A program made the translations under genes and the position numbers. This document shows, piece after piece, positions 15,865 to 30,426 of a DNA stretch of 64,000 nt. The notes below the pieces were generated by a model. It had not been told where the DNA came from, did not search any database, and saw only the letters and a program-made list of their open reading frames with translations. The stretch is from the NCBI RefSeq assembly GCF_009914755.1, contig NC_060932.1. One strand, written 5' to 3'. The DNA is from the human T2T-CHM13v2.0 reference genome, Homo sapiens. Position 1 is the stretch's first letter; every line of letters begins with the position of its first letter.

Positions 15865-16290
15865 ACGTAAATGCACACAGACATTGAACATGGAGTTGAC
15901 AGATGAAGCAATATGAATTTCGAATAGTCATATGAAAATATCCTAGTGATCATCAAAGTATATTGTATACCTATAAGCAGCAAGACTCCAGTTTTTGCCT
16001 GTAAGATAAGCAAAAAGTTAAGATGATTGATAATATTCAATGTTAGTGTGTGGGTAGGAGTAGATATTGGCATAACTGTTTTGGAAGGCAACTTAATGTT
16101 TAATTTTGGAATTTCAAACTTCATATTGATCAGTAAATTCACTTTTAGGATTCTGCCTGTAGATAAACTCACATGAGTTTACATGAATATATATATTGAT
16201 TAACTGTTGAAGCAATTTTTATGAAAACTAAAAATGAGGGGTCTGTAATCTAAATATTTGTTTACTTAAATAATTTTTATTGAAATAAAG
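15865..16290 (+). mobile_element. Ancient L1M (L1ME-like) ORF2 3' relic
   Basis: catatgaaaatatcc, ataactgttttggaaggcaactt and cagtaaattcacttttaggatt match degenerate L1M ORF2 end motifs. Confidence 0.55.
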
Positions 16291-16292
16291 GT

Positions 16293-17262
16293 GAGAATAT
16301 ATACAGGATCTTGGGCGGTGGCCAGTGGCCAGACCTTCTGCTCAGGTGCCTGAAAAGGAAAAGAAGGTCTGGTGTACAAATATGTGAATGGGGAAATAGA
16401 AATGGCACACAATGTGGGAACTTATGACTACCCATTGGTTCCCACTGGAAAGTCCCCAAAGTGTCCCCAAAGAAGAGACACTGATGAACCAAGCAGACAA
16501 GATGACTCAGCCAGTTGACATTATCCAGCCTCTGTCATTGACTACTCCAGAACTGGAATGAGAGACACATGAATGGAGTTGTCATGATGGTAGCGATAAA
16601 GGCCACATGTGAACCAAACAATATGACTTCCACTTCCCAAGTCTGCTCTGGCTGCCTCTGAAAGTTAGCAACAGGGACCAACACTGAGCCCAAGATATGG
16701 CACTATTACTTAAGGCCAACCAGATACTCTGTGGAAGTCAAATACATTGGGCCTCTTCTGTCTTGCAAGGGCCAGCAGTTTGTCATTGCAAGGATAGAAA
16801 CTTATTCTGGGTATGGATTTGCCTTTCCTACCTATGGAGCCTCAATTAGCATTATTACCTAGGAACTTGTGGAATGTCGGATACACAGACATGGAATTCC
16901 ACGCAGGATAGCATTCAACAAGAAGCCCTTTTTAACAGTGAAGGGGATGCAGAGTGGACCTATGACCATTGATCCACTCATCATATGAGGTACTGCATTA
17001 CCTAGAGACAACCAGCCTTGAAGAATGCTTAAATAGTCTTCTAGACTATTTAAATGCCAGCATGCAGGAAACTCTGAATGGATGGTGTGTCTATCATTCT
17101 ACAAGACATAGTGTATTTATTAAGTTGGAGACCCCTATATGATGCTGTACCCTCAAAAGAAAGGTCTGGAAATTCAAGGGCTGAGCAGGAGTGACTTCAC
17201 TTATAATCACAACAATGACTTACTGGGGGTCCTGTCTTTTTTGTCACTGTAACTCTGGGCAT
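16293..17262 (+). mobile_element. ERVL-class internal fragment (RNase H end / integrase), decayed
   Basis: 16743-16829 translates YIGPLLSCKGQQFVIARIETYSGYGFAFP, matching the ERVL integrase core DYIGPLPSWKGQRFVLTGIDTYSGYGFAFP. Stops and frameshifts surround it. Confidence 0.85.
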
Positions 17263-17496
17263 ACTCCACATTCTATTGCCTTTCAGAAGCATATGGGCCA
17301 ATACAGAAGAAGAATAATTATAGAAGTAGAACCCCATAAATTAGTTTTCTTTTTGCAAACACTCATATTACTTGGAAACTTATGTTTTCAGTGTAACTGA
17401 TTCTGAGTTCATTTTAGCTGGCAATAAGTAGTTACAATTTTTTTAAAGCTGAATTACATGGTTTAAAGAGGGAAAGGAATGCCAAGGAGACTAATA

Positions 17497-17814
17497 CAGT
17501 AGGCCCATGAGTTCTGCATCTGTAGCTTCAACCAACCATGAATGGAAAACATTGAAAATTAAAACCTAATAAAGAAAAACACTACAGCAAAACATAGCAA
17601 AAATTAAAAAATACAGTATAACAGCTATTTGCGTGACATCTACATAGTATTATGTATTATAAGTAATCTAGAGATGATTCAAAGTATACAAGAGGATGTG
17701 TGTAGGTTATAAGCAAATACTACACCATTTTATAGAAAGAATTTGAACATCCATGGATTTTGCTCTTTATGGGGGGTCCTGGAACCAATCCCCATGGATA
17801 CCAAGGTACAACTA
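17497..17814. mobile_element. MER2/Tigger3a-like DNA transposon
   Basis: tataagtaatctagagatgatt...ggggggtcctggaaccaatccccatggataccaaggtacaacta, TA-flanked. Confidence 0.85.
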
Positions 17815-18480
17815 TATTTATCTAGGGTTGGTCATGGTAGATATTATGCTGAACATATGTTAAAAATGCCTTTTATATCCATTCATTTATTTAATAAGTG
17901 GGGTAAAAAACTAGGGTGCTGGGGATTACTTATTAACAAGACAGACACATTCCTATCCTTACAGAGCTTACCTTTTATTGTAGGGGTATATATTATTAAC
18001 ATATACACAATAAGTAATATAATGCTCAGTAAAAATAAAGCTGGGAAAAGATGATAGCCAGTGAAAGGTAGCTTGGAAGAATGCTGTTATTTTCAATATA
18101 GAACTCTCTCTGAGTAGATGAAGTTTATGTAGAGACCTGAATAAGGTAAAGGACTGTGCCATGTGACTATCAAGGGAGGAGGGAATAGGTAGAGGGGACA
18201 TCAGTCACAAAGATCTAAAGAAGGGAATAAACAGCCCATTCAAGGATACGTAAGAAAACCACTGATGAATGGGCAGAAGAGGCAGAAATGGGGTTGAGGA
18301 GGTGGGTGAAGGCTGACTTGTAGGCTTGGGTAGGGAGTCTGGATTTTATTCTAAATATGTTGGGAAGCCCTTAGAGAGCTGTGCACATAAGATGGATGTT
18401 ATCTGGTTTAGGTTTTACAAATTCTACTCTGGTTGCTGTTGTGGAGAATAGAACCTAATCAGAGACCAATTAGGAGACAT

Positions 18481-19594
<1,114 letters not shown>

Positions 19595-20504
19595 TGAGAG
19601 ATAATGGTCAGTGGCTTGCCCCTTGGGGTTAGATTTTATGTTAAGGAGAAAATTCTAGGCTTAAATGTGACCTTTGTAAACAGCAACAAAAGCAACTTCT
19701 AGGATTGTTTTGGCAATATCTTAGGTCTGTTAAGGTATCAGTCTGCTAAAACTGATCTAACATATGCACAGTTTTGACACTATACACATATGGGCATTTT
19801 GTAGTATTTCTATAATTCTCAAATGAGTTTGTAATCCCACCAAAAATGTATAAAACACACTGTGAGGAGGCTGTAATATCCACTAAATGGTAATGATTTC
19901 TGAGATATCCAAGATCAGATTTGGAATCTTCTGATATCCAAGATCAGATCTGGCTCAGGACAAATTGCAGGGAGCATTTCAAAACAAAGCCCTGTAGGTC
20001 ATTATCTCCACCTCCTCCTCTTTCTTCCCAACTGTAGGTCAAAGCTTATGAAACACAGTATGATTTGGGAACATATAAAGTTGCAAAAGAGATAAAGGGA
20101 ACCCGTGCTGGCACGGTGACACCCAGAGCTACAACAGCAGCTCTGAGGCCACTGCAGAGCAGCCCTCGTTGTTGTGTGCCAGAAACAGGAGCCCCTGCTG
20201 ACCCATGCAAGACCTTCAAAGGATGCCAGATGACTGATTTACTGTGGTTTCAGAGGGGATCCAACAGAGAGCAAAAGTTTAGCATACAGCTGAAAATCAC
20301 ATCGATTTTCTCAGCTCACTGTAGTTTATTCTTTCCAGTGGATGTGTTTATGTGTTTATCCCTCAAATGAAATACCCTGGAGCTACATATGTACAATGCT
20401 GAACATATCTGTCAGTGGCCTGGACAGTAAAGAGGACCATAAAGCCATTTGTATCATTATTCAAATCACATTTTGCTTTTTACTCTGTAGTCTCAGGTCA
20501 TTTA

Positions 20505-20672
20505 TTGGCCTCCCTCTGCCCAGTTTACCCAACTTGAAGTAGGTATAAGATCACAATCAAAAGAGAACAAACACAGGTTGTTGTGAGGATGAAACACAAT
20601 GTAATGTTTATAATAAATGTGTAGCCAGTTCTTGGCCACAGACTTAGAAGGTACTTGATAAATGTTTCTGTT
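20505..20672 (+). mobile_element. MIR SINE 3' half
   Basis: ctctgcccagtttaccc...ggttgttgtgaggatgaaa...gtacttgataaatgtt. Confidence 0.65.
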
Positions 20673-20811
20673 CTTCCTTCTCTCCTGTCCTCCTTTCAGC
20701 TGGCCATTGTAAGAGGCTGTTCTCAGTTCTGAGTAAGTCTTGTTGACAAGATGGAGCCTGCCCCTTGAAGTTTGGTCGCTTACTTGCAGGTTTTATGGTC
20801 TAATAGGGTTT

Positions 20812-20930
20812 TAAAACTGAAGGGGATCTTAGAAAGTATACAGTCCTCATATCTCATTTCCAAATGAGGAGACAGCAGTGCAGTGAGTGCAGGCGATTTG
20901 GCCAAAGTTCTGCAGATACTAGAAGGACAT
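20812..20930 (-). mobile_element. MIR3-like SINE fragment
   Basis: actgaaggggatcttagaa...ctcatttccaaatgaggagac...gatttggccaaagtt. Confidence 0.55.
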
Positions 20931-22342
20931 GTGCTCCCCGGGCTCCATGTATCACACACTCTTTCTGTTGGCACCATATTCTCTCATACCCTGCTGCTCA
21001 GTTGTGCTTGTGCAACAACAATGTGAGGCTGCCTGAACCCAATGGTGAAGTTTGACAGAAAGAATATATTTCCTTTGCTTCATGAGATTCACAATAAAGT
21101 GAGCCTATTTGTTGTGCTGGCCTTACACATAACTTTGTTGACTTATTTTACTAAAAGTTCCGGGTGATCCTTTCAAATTCTGGGAACTTAAAATTATTTG
21201 GCCAGGACTCAAATGACTGATGTTGTCTCTAAATTGTGCTTGTGAAATCAAAAAAGGACATTGGTAGTTTAGCACATCGCTTGTGTTTAGAATGAGGTTT
21301 ATAACATCTCTCTTAGTGCAACACAGAAATTTGACACAATAGGCAATAGTCTTGCTCTTTAGATACAAAGTTAACTTCCTGTTTAAAATAAGTAGTAAGC
21401 AAATGCTAGCATAAAAATTTAATGATATCTTTGCTATAATTTTAAGTAATTGAAAGTATCCTCTACTTCTGTGCCCTGAGACAGAAGTTATGAAAAATGT
21501 GTGTTAGAGGGAACTTAAAATGTATATCTAGGTTCATAAACCCACAAGCAGATTAAAGTTTCTTGATCTGTGAAACATTTCCAGTTTTAGAGACACAGTC
21601 CCTGAGTCCCTTGACTCCCAAAATACTCCTTTGGTCTCTTTCTTTTTCCATTGCACTCTCACATTTACTTAAAATAGACTTAGTAGTACACACTCCTCTA
21701 CTAACTGAAGACATTTTCTTTCTTTCTGAAAATATCTATGAATCTTTATGTGGTGGGTACATAATTTTTGAAAATACTATTGTAATGTGATATTTTACCT
21801 GGTCATTTTGAAAGAGCCATACAAAATTTATCTACAACATTTCTAAAAATATTTTCTTGGCAGTAAATATGGGGTAGGGAAAAAATTTGTGCAAAGCCTT
21901 GTAGCAATTTGCTAAGCAAATTAGAAGTCTTTGTAGATCTATTACATGGGGAAACTTTAGCTCTGAGTAAAGGGAGTACATTTCTCAGGGAAGGCCGTGG
22001 GAATTGTGAAATGTGTACTTGAGTCTCAGAATGGGGCTGGGAAATATTTTTGTCAAGAGGACAATTGCCCAAGAGTCCCATAGCTGACATTTGTTCTAAG
22101 TGTGAGTGTGTCTGCATGACATCAGACTATCTGGATTCATAGCAAAGAATTCCATCAGATGTCTGGACGTTTGGGGTTGGAAACCACTTTGCTCTCTGTT
22201 TGCTAAATCTGTTCTCCCATCCAGGGGTTCCTCATTTCCTATAAGTGGAGGCTCAGGCCTGACCACTGTCAGAGGCTGCATAGGGCCCTCCGGGACCATT
22301 TCTGAGCTACTGTAGGAGTTTTGCTCATAAGGGCACTTACAC

Positions 22343-22977
22343 TGAGGCAGGAGAATAGGGTCTGCAGAGAGGGAACCTAAGGCTGTTTCACGCTGACTTC
22401 CTAGAACTAAATTGAAAGGAAAACCCTGACTTTCCACGCCTAAGTAACAAAAGGACCAGAGGCTACTCCCTTTGCAAATCCCCCACCTTTTCTGCGCGCA
22501 GTTGAGAAATTGGCAGTCCGCAACAAATCGGACTAATTGCGGGTGGAATCTTCATTTGCATAGAAGTATAACTTTGTAACTTCACCCTAGCCTCTGATTG
22601 GTTGCTTTTTGCAACCAATCAGATGTTTGCACAGGAGTGCGACCTCTGTAACCTCACTTCAGCCTCTGGTTGGCTGCTTTCTACAACCAATCAGACTGAT
22701 TGTGGGCTACAACTTCATTTACATAAAGTGAGCGTGAAGTGGCCAATGGGAAACTTATGGGAGGTATTTTGGCCCAGGAAGATTCTGTATCCTGCCCTTG
22801 AGCTGCTGCTTGGGCCTGTTCCCACACTGTGGAGTATACTTCCATTTTCAATAAATCCCTGCTTTCGATCTTTTGTTGCTTCATTCTTTACTTGCTTTGT
22901 TGGGCGTTTTGTCCAATTCTTAGTTCAAAACGCCAAGAACCTGGACAGCTTGCAGTCACGACCCTCTACCAGTGACA
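22343..22977 (+). mobile_element. MER51A-like ERV1 solo LTR
   Basis: tgaggcaggagaatagggtctg...ccagtgaca with TG/CA ends and exact 4-bp TSD acac (22339-22342, 22978-22981). Contains CCAAT boxes and aataaa. Confidence 0.92.
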
Positions 22978-23403
22978 ACACCTCCTGCTATTTACTATTC
23001 ACCACTCATGCTTCATACCTCAATTCTGATATCTTGTCACACTTTTTGGCCTAATGTCCTGATCATTCAGGGCTCAAATTCTTGTAGAGAGTCTAATCCT
23101 TCGTTCCCTTGGCCTGGATTCATGAGCCCACAACCTGACTGCTCAGATTTTGTGCTCACATTCTTAAGTCTGAATCAATATTTGTTTGTTCACTGCCATA
23201 AACAATGAAATCTTCAGACTTTTGTTTTTGTTTGTTTTTTCTTACATACATAGTTTTTCTACTTGTTGTTTTGGCCCTTCCTGTTTAGTTTTCTCCTATT
23301 TTATTCAATTCTAGTGAGACAGCTTTACCTACACAAAGCCAACCTGCTAAACATTTGAAAATATTTTGTTGGGTATAGTGAATAAATGACCAAGTGAATC
23401 TTT

Positions 23404-23619
23404 TATCTATTATCTATGTATGTATGTATGTATGTATGTATGTGTTATCTATGTATGTATATATCTGTTATGTATGCATGTATGTATGTATCTATCATTT
23501 ATGTATGTATGTATGATCTATGTATGTATGTATGTATCTGTTATGTATGTATGTATGTATGTATGTATGTATCTATCTATCTATCTATCTATCCATCTAC
23601 CTATCTATCTCATCTATCT
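23404..23619. repeat. Compound (TATG)n/(TATC)n tetranucleotide microsatellite
   Basis: Interrupted tatg runs switching to tatc/ctat near 23570. Confidence 0.97.
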
Positions 23620-25625
23620 TTTATAGTTTTCTGGCACTTGACATTCAAGGCCCTCAATCAACCTTCTTCCTACATGTACCGTATTTCCATTTCTCTTCTT
23701 TCCACCAACTCCTCTCTGGCAAGAATACTGTTCATCAATCTCAGTGTGCATGATACCCTTGTTTCCCCAAATGCTGGCTCACAAGGCTTCCAATGCCTTT
23801 CACCCAACTTATCTCCATAAGTTTTATTTCTAATATTCTTTCAAGGCAAAATGTAATTCTTCCTTTTTATACAAGGATTCCTGAAATTGTAATTTCTTCA
23901 TGATCTGTCTTCCAAATACCTGGTGGCTCTTATTCTCTAAATTACTTATTTTACTAAGTGCCACCCAGTATAGTTACAGCTCTATATCAGAAGCCATTTT
24001 GGTAGAAGGAACTGTCTTCCCTACTTTGGGCTTATATTATTTATCTACTATGTTCTCATAACAGAGTTGGTGCTCAATGGGCTTTGTTAAAAAATCACAT
24101 TAACAGTTTTTTTCTTTGTATACAGAGATTAATGCCACAAAAATGGTGAATATTTCTCAAACCTACCAATTTTCAAGATAACTCCACTTTAGACTCATGA
24201 GAAAGAGGGATCATTGATTGAAAGTAGCTTCCTACAGTGGGCATATAATCATTAAATTTCTGGAAGAAAGCTAAAACCACACAGAAAATCATCTTGAGGC
24301 TTACATGCATTCAGTCTGCCTCTGATCTAAGAGGATGTTGGCCATTAGGAGATGAAAATGTTTTGAGCTAGGAAGAAACAATGTAAAAGGCCAAGTGGCC
24401 TAGTTTAAAGTTTCTTTGTTTTTCTTTATAATAATGAATGCAATAGAAAAGTGTTGAGGTTATAAAGTTTTTAAAGTTCATTAAAGGGAGGGGATCAATA
24501 AATTAAAATGGCAAACAGTTGCTCTTAAACATGTCTTTATGGAAATTAGAGTAGTGTGTATTTATTTTGCTGTTACTAATAAGCAATCGATGTTGTGCTT
24601 GACTTCTTGAGCAGATGTAAAGTCATCATGAGATGTTTCCTTGTTTCTGTGTGGTTCTTGTGTTTAATAAAATGGTGACTTCCTTTTGTTGGCATCAGTT
24701 CTGTAATTCAGATGATCTTTTTACTGCTTTGTATCCATCCAAGTTGTGAAATCAACTATAAGCTGCTCCTTTCAGCTTGCCAGTGATGTGGAATTCTTAC
24801 CATATGAACGTTCCCCAGGGTTTTTGTAAGCCTCTTTAACCTCTGGATGCACTCTATTGACAGCTTCCGAGTTGTGATAAGTATCTACCTTTTATTTCAA
24901 CTTGGAGATTTCTTGAACTTATAAAATTACATTTGCTTTGGAACAAATACTTTAGAGTGCACTGAGATGGCAGGTTCATGAATTCCCCAGAACTTTCATA
25001 GGAAATGGAGAATGCAAAGGTCATGTAAATATAGTTGTAGTAATGTCTTCACTGATTGAAAAAAAATTAATATCAAACACATTTTAGTTTGGAAAGATTG
25101 CCATCAGAGTGGACAGCATAGAAGGAATACATATGTGGGTTATCTTGTGGGATGTGGTTCAAAATAAAACTATATTTTCAGATAGTTGATACTTCCTAAA
25201 TCAGTATTTGGATCACATCATAAATATTTTTTTAAAAATCCAAAAAAACTCTGTGTGTGCATGTTTTGTTTGTACTATTCTCCTAGCTCTGGTTATATTT
25301 ACCATCTATTTATCTAAAAATGTTCAGGGAGGGGAATAGTATGAGATCAGCAGGTTGGCAGATGGCTATACACTATTTCTAATGTTTATACACTATTCTA
25401 ACGTCTAGATTTTCCACCACAATTATGCATCCATGTATTATTTATATAACTAAAATAATTTAACAAATGCACATAGTAGTATCATTCTGAATTACATTTC
25501 TGGGAAATTACAAGGAAATTTAATGTGAGCTTTGACCATGACTTAAAAAATTATTATTATTTCCTGAGATTATGGATTATATTTTTATTCTTTTTCATTA
25601 ATTTCATTCAACAAAAAATTGTTTG

Positions 25626-25915
<290 letters not shown>

Positions 25916-26369
25916 TTGTTTAACATTTGCTATGTACAATATGATATGTTAGGCATCATGGGTACTAAAATAGGTAATATATGGATCCTGCCCTTGAGTA
26001 GCTTATAGTTCATTATGAAAAACAGACATAAAGAATATAAGTAAAATAAAATTCCACAGCCACTAGGATAGAAACCTAAATAAAATACAGTTATTAAATA
26101 ATCTAAATAGCTTATTAAGTACATGATATTGTTGGAATGAGACACAGTGGAGTGCCAGATACCAGATGCCAAGTTGAATACATGACCAATTCCTCTTAGA
26201 AAAATCGTCTTATTGCTTTGAACAAGTAGATAGCGTGGTCTCCAGCTACCTGGTAGTTAAGTGTTGAGGTTTGATTGTAACACTCAAATACGTTATTTCC
26301 ATTTATTATTACAAAAACTCTTCTCTCTACCCCTGGGTTATGATAGTTCCAGATTAAATATCTGCATTA

Positions 26370-27538
26370 CAGAACGTTCTCAATATTCCCAGTAGTTGTA
26401 TTCTATAAAATTGCTGTAAATGCTGAATTAGCAAATACTAAATCATTGCTCCTAGTGGAAATACTGAGTTAGGCTCCTGCAAACCTTTGGTTATATTTTA
26501 TCAATCTATCAACACATAATCTTGTTTCATGTGTGTTTCTGTTTAAAGGCAACTTTGTTAGTATATACATCTTACAAATAATTAATTTCATGGTCTTTGA
26601 ATGATTTAAAGCCAAGAGCTTTGGAGGCTATTTGTATTATACAGGTATGTTTGCCAACATACTTGTAAAGCAAGCCAACTCAGTTTCATCAGTGTTGAAA
26701 ATGTGCTCTTCCACATAACTCCTTTCCTGTATAACACTTAGCAGGTACTTTAAAAATTTTCCTGTACAGAACTTGCCTTGCCTGCATGTTTAGCATTTTT
26801 CATGCCTTATCACCTATTGAAAATGCAGAGCAGTTAGCACTAGCTAAAAAAGGTTTGACCTTTTCTAACCCTGGGAAATGTGACTGTAAATTTCTTTGGC
26901 TTTCAGCTTCAAAATAACTCTGTCTACTTCACTTTGTTGTTGTTGTTTGTTGTCATCTCATGAATCCACAAATTTAGCCCCTTCACACTGATTTTATACC
27001 TTTATAAGTACTATAGATGCTAACTTAGCATTTTCCAAGGCAGCCTTACATAAAAATTGGCAAATTTCTGCTTCCTTTTTCTGGATCTACCGTATTGTTT
27101 GTTCATTAATACTGAACTCACGGCCAACAGCAGTAGGACTCAAGCCTAAATGAATTTTAGGTAACATACATAATCTCTGTGTAAGGCACGTCACAGCCTC
27201 TTGCACTTAGGAACACTAAGCACTGCAGCACTAAGCGTGGGCGCCATTTTAAACAGTAAAATCACCAAGATAAAGCACAAAAATGTAAACAATGTGGCAT
27301 GAAATGCACCACAAAAAGGACATTTGTTCACAGTATGGGCTGAAACAATAAGGCAGAGCATTGCCTTGTTCAGCCTCAGCCAGGAATGTGCTTAACAGGC
27401 AACTCAAACTTTTTGCTACTCTGTGTATACCTGTGAATGACTATGAGAGTGCTGTGAGTATCCATTTTGGGATTACAAATAGATTTTTTAAGTAAGTGAA
27501 TTCACAAATACAGAAGCTCCAAGGGGTGAGGATCACTG
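26370..27538 (-). mobile_element. Tigger6-like DNA transposon (long MER82 relative) with decayed transposase 5' part
   Basis: Both ends match the reverse complement of the MER82 copy at 36460-37092. It has ~500 bp of extra internal sequence and ta-cag...ctg-ta termini. Confidence 0.8.
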
Positions 27539-28559
27539 TACGTAATTTAGAAACCCTGCCTCTTTTAGCCACCTCCTGTCCCCCCAGTTGCAGTACTAAT
27601 TCCCAGGGCTCTGAACTATGAACTAAATACAAGATCACAAAAGATTGGTTTAAGGGGGAGTTCTACAAGGTCATCTTACGTGGTAACTATTCCTTTGTCA
27701 AGAATGCACTTATACTTTTTCTACCAGAGGCTTTAATGTTCCACGTAGATTGATGATAAGAATACAGATGTGATGCTCTTCACAATAGCTTACCTATGAG
27801 TAGTCAAATAATGCCATTCTTATATAAACAAACATGTTATAATCTGGCTAAAATTAAACAGGTTATCTACTTTTTTGTTCATATTTAAAAATAGAATCTA
27901 TGAAGAATTATATCTGGTTAGTTGTTGCTTCATCTTTGTTGATCTTTGGATAAATGATGCCTATAATTAGGTGACAAATGTATCTCTGAGTGAGGCACCA
28001 ACCACATTAAAAAAAAGAGTAAGCATTTTTGCATCTCACTCATTAGTAGTCATTGCTGGGAACTCCTTTTCTGATGGGAAAGTTGTTCCATGTCCTTTAA
28101 TCTACTGTGGAAATGTTGACATCATTGCATGCTTCCCTGGAATTGCCACCCATTCTCCTTCCTCCCCAAACTCTACCAAGTTATTAGTTCTCTAGGTGTC
28201 TTTGCTGTGGTTCTTTCAATTTTATAGACATCTTGTTGGGATATGGGGTTATTATTGACTGAAGATGGTTGAACTCATGACATTTAACCAAGGGAGAAGA
28301 GATCTGTAAAAGGATTTGACTCAGAGTTTGAGCTACAATGAAGCCTATGTCTTATTCTGGGAATCCCTTGGATGTCATGGTATAAAATTTGGTTGTGGAA
28401 AAAAAATGAGACATGGTACAAAAGGCTGGACAAGGCTCAGATGGAGAGGGAGGAAGTTTCCCACTAACTATAACTAGCAGTTAGTAGGAAAGCCTATAGA
28501 ATGTCAAAAAAACAAACAAAAAAAACCAACAAAAAAACACCAAAAAACAAAAAACAAAA

Positions 28560-29465
28560 AAACAGCAAGGAGGCTTTTGGACACACGGTAGAATAAGCAA
28601 ATGTGAACAGACTAAAAACCACCTTAAAATATTAGATTAAATATAATGATTGATTTTAAAGCATAGATAAAATTAAAAGACAGGAAAATCCCCAGGTGTT
28701 ATAAGAAAATAAACATAAAGAAGTAGATAAGCTGTTTAATGTTAGTGAGGTTATAGCATGTTTGTTTATATGAGAATAAAATTATTAGACTACTGAATCC
28801 CCAAGTGTTATAAGAAGTAGTAAGAAGGGAATCAAAATGAGAGGTCATGGAAAACTAATACCAAGGCATTTCACATGGGTTTCAGAAAGGACATATGACC
28901 TAGTTACTGGAGAAATGGTTACAAACACCTATAAAGAAGGGAAGTGTAATCTGAGAGTCTTTCATAAAACACAAAATCTCTAAGGATTTCCAGACCTCAT
29001 AGCTTGGAAGACAATCCCAAACAATTAAGCCAAGAAAATGTAAACAAACTTACGATTTATCTGGGACTGTGTTGGAATAACCAAACATTCTGAGAAATTA
29101 AAGCTGTAGATCTGAATCACTTGCTGATGTAGGCTCTACATTTATACCACCTGGGTGGGATAGGTAACATGATCTGAAAAATCAACCTTACAACCCAGTC
29201 CCACATCACTGAAATTCCCCAGCAAAACCAAGCCCCAAACCATTATTTCATAACTCAGACCATTTTGGACTCCAACAGGATTTTATAAACCAAGGTGATC
29301 ATGAGCCCACACTAATAGATTGCAAACCTCACAAGAAAATCACCATGAGCAAGAGTCAGCAGACACAGTACCAGATGAATTAATGCCACGAAACTTAAAA
29401 TACTAGAACAATCTGAAAACTATTATAAGATAATTATGTTTCAAATAAATTATAAAAGTAAAAGC
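28560..29465 (+). mobile_element. Ancient L1M 5'UTR/ORF1-start relic
   Basis: caccatgagcaagagtcagcagacacag...aaacttaaaatactagaacaatctgaaaactattataagataattatgttt resembles the old L1M ORF1 start. The left boundary is uncertain. Confidence 0.45.
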
Positions 29466-29758
29466 TGTAATTAATACAAACATCTCAAGTGCATTGTTGT
29501 GTTAATCTACAATGACTGTTTGCATTGAGTGCTTGCAAATAAGAAATAAATCCAAAGCTGATTTTTATGCAGAAGCTAAGAGAGAAAGTTGAGGAAGTCA
29601 GATTTGTTTGGGTATGTGATGAATCTTCGGGTTTGATTTTATGTCACCAGTGTCTATCCAAAAACTATAATGAAAATCTTTTTTTAAATTTTTTTATTTT
29701 TATTTTTTTATTTTTTAAACATTTATTTTTTCAATTTTTAGAGATGGGGGTCTCACTA

Positions 29759-30227
29759 TTTTTATTTATTTATTTATTTATTATTATACTTTAAGTTTTA
29801 GGGTACATGTGCACAATGTGCAGGTTAGTTACATACGTATACATGTGCCATGCTGGTGTGCTGCACCCACTAACTCGTCATCTAGCATTAGGTATATCTC
29901 CCAATGCTATCCGTCCCCCCTCCCCCTACCCCACAACAGTCCCCAGAGTGTGATGTTCCCCTTCCTGTGTCCATGTGATCTCATTGTTCAATTCCCACCT
30001 ATGAGTGAGAATATGCGGTGTTTGGTTTTTTGTCCTTGCGATAGTTTACTGAGAATGATGATTTCCAATTTCATCCATGTCCCTACAAAGGACATGAACT
30101 CATCATTTTTTCTGGCTGCATAGTATTCCATGGTGTATATGTGCCACATTTTCTTAATCCAGTCTATCATTGTTGGACATTTGGGTTGGTTCCAAGTCTT
30201 TGCTATTGTGAATAATGCCGCAGTAAA
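29759..30227 (-). mobile_element. L1PA2-like 5'-truncated 3' fragment
   Basis: ORF2 end [19 protein letters not shown]...LIGGN, young-subfamily diagnostics ccatgtgatctcattg and cccactaactcgtcatctagc, and a (TTTA)n tail. Confidence 0.96.
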
Positions 30228-30426
30228 ATCTTACTTCATCAGGAAAATAAAACAATGGGGCCAGGAAATGAAAGAAAATTCAAAAAAGTTCTAACAAGCA
30301 AAAGTGAAGTGAGAAAGAGAACTGTGGGTAACTACTATCTGTGTCTAATAGAAATGTTTTGAAAATACAAGATGTGGAAACTACTTTTCTTCAGGAAAAG
30401 TTCAATAGTTTACGACCTCATTACAA

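Noticed and set aside
23416-23820. MYVCMYVC ORFs
   Set aside because: Translation of the (TATG)n microsatellite.
28505-28563. A-rich tract as the tail of a processed pseudogene
   Set aside because: I could find no upstream mRNA-like body, ORF or TSD, so I treated it as low-complexity sequence.
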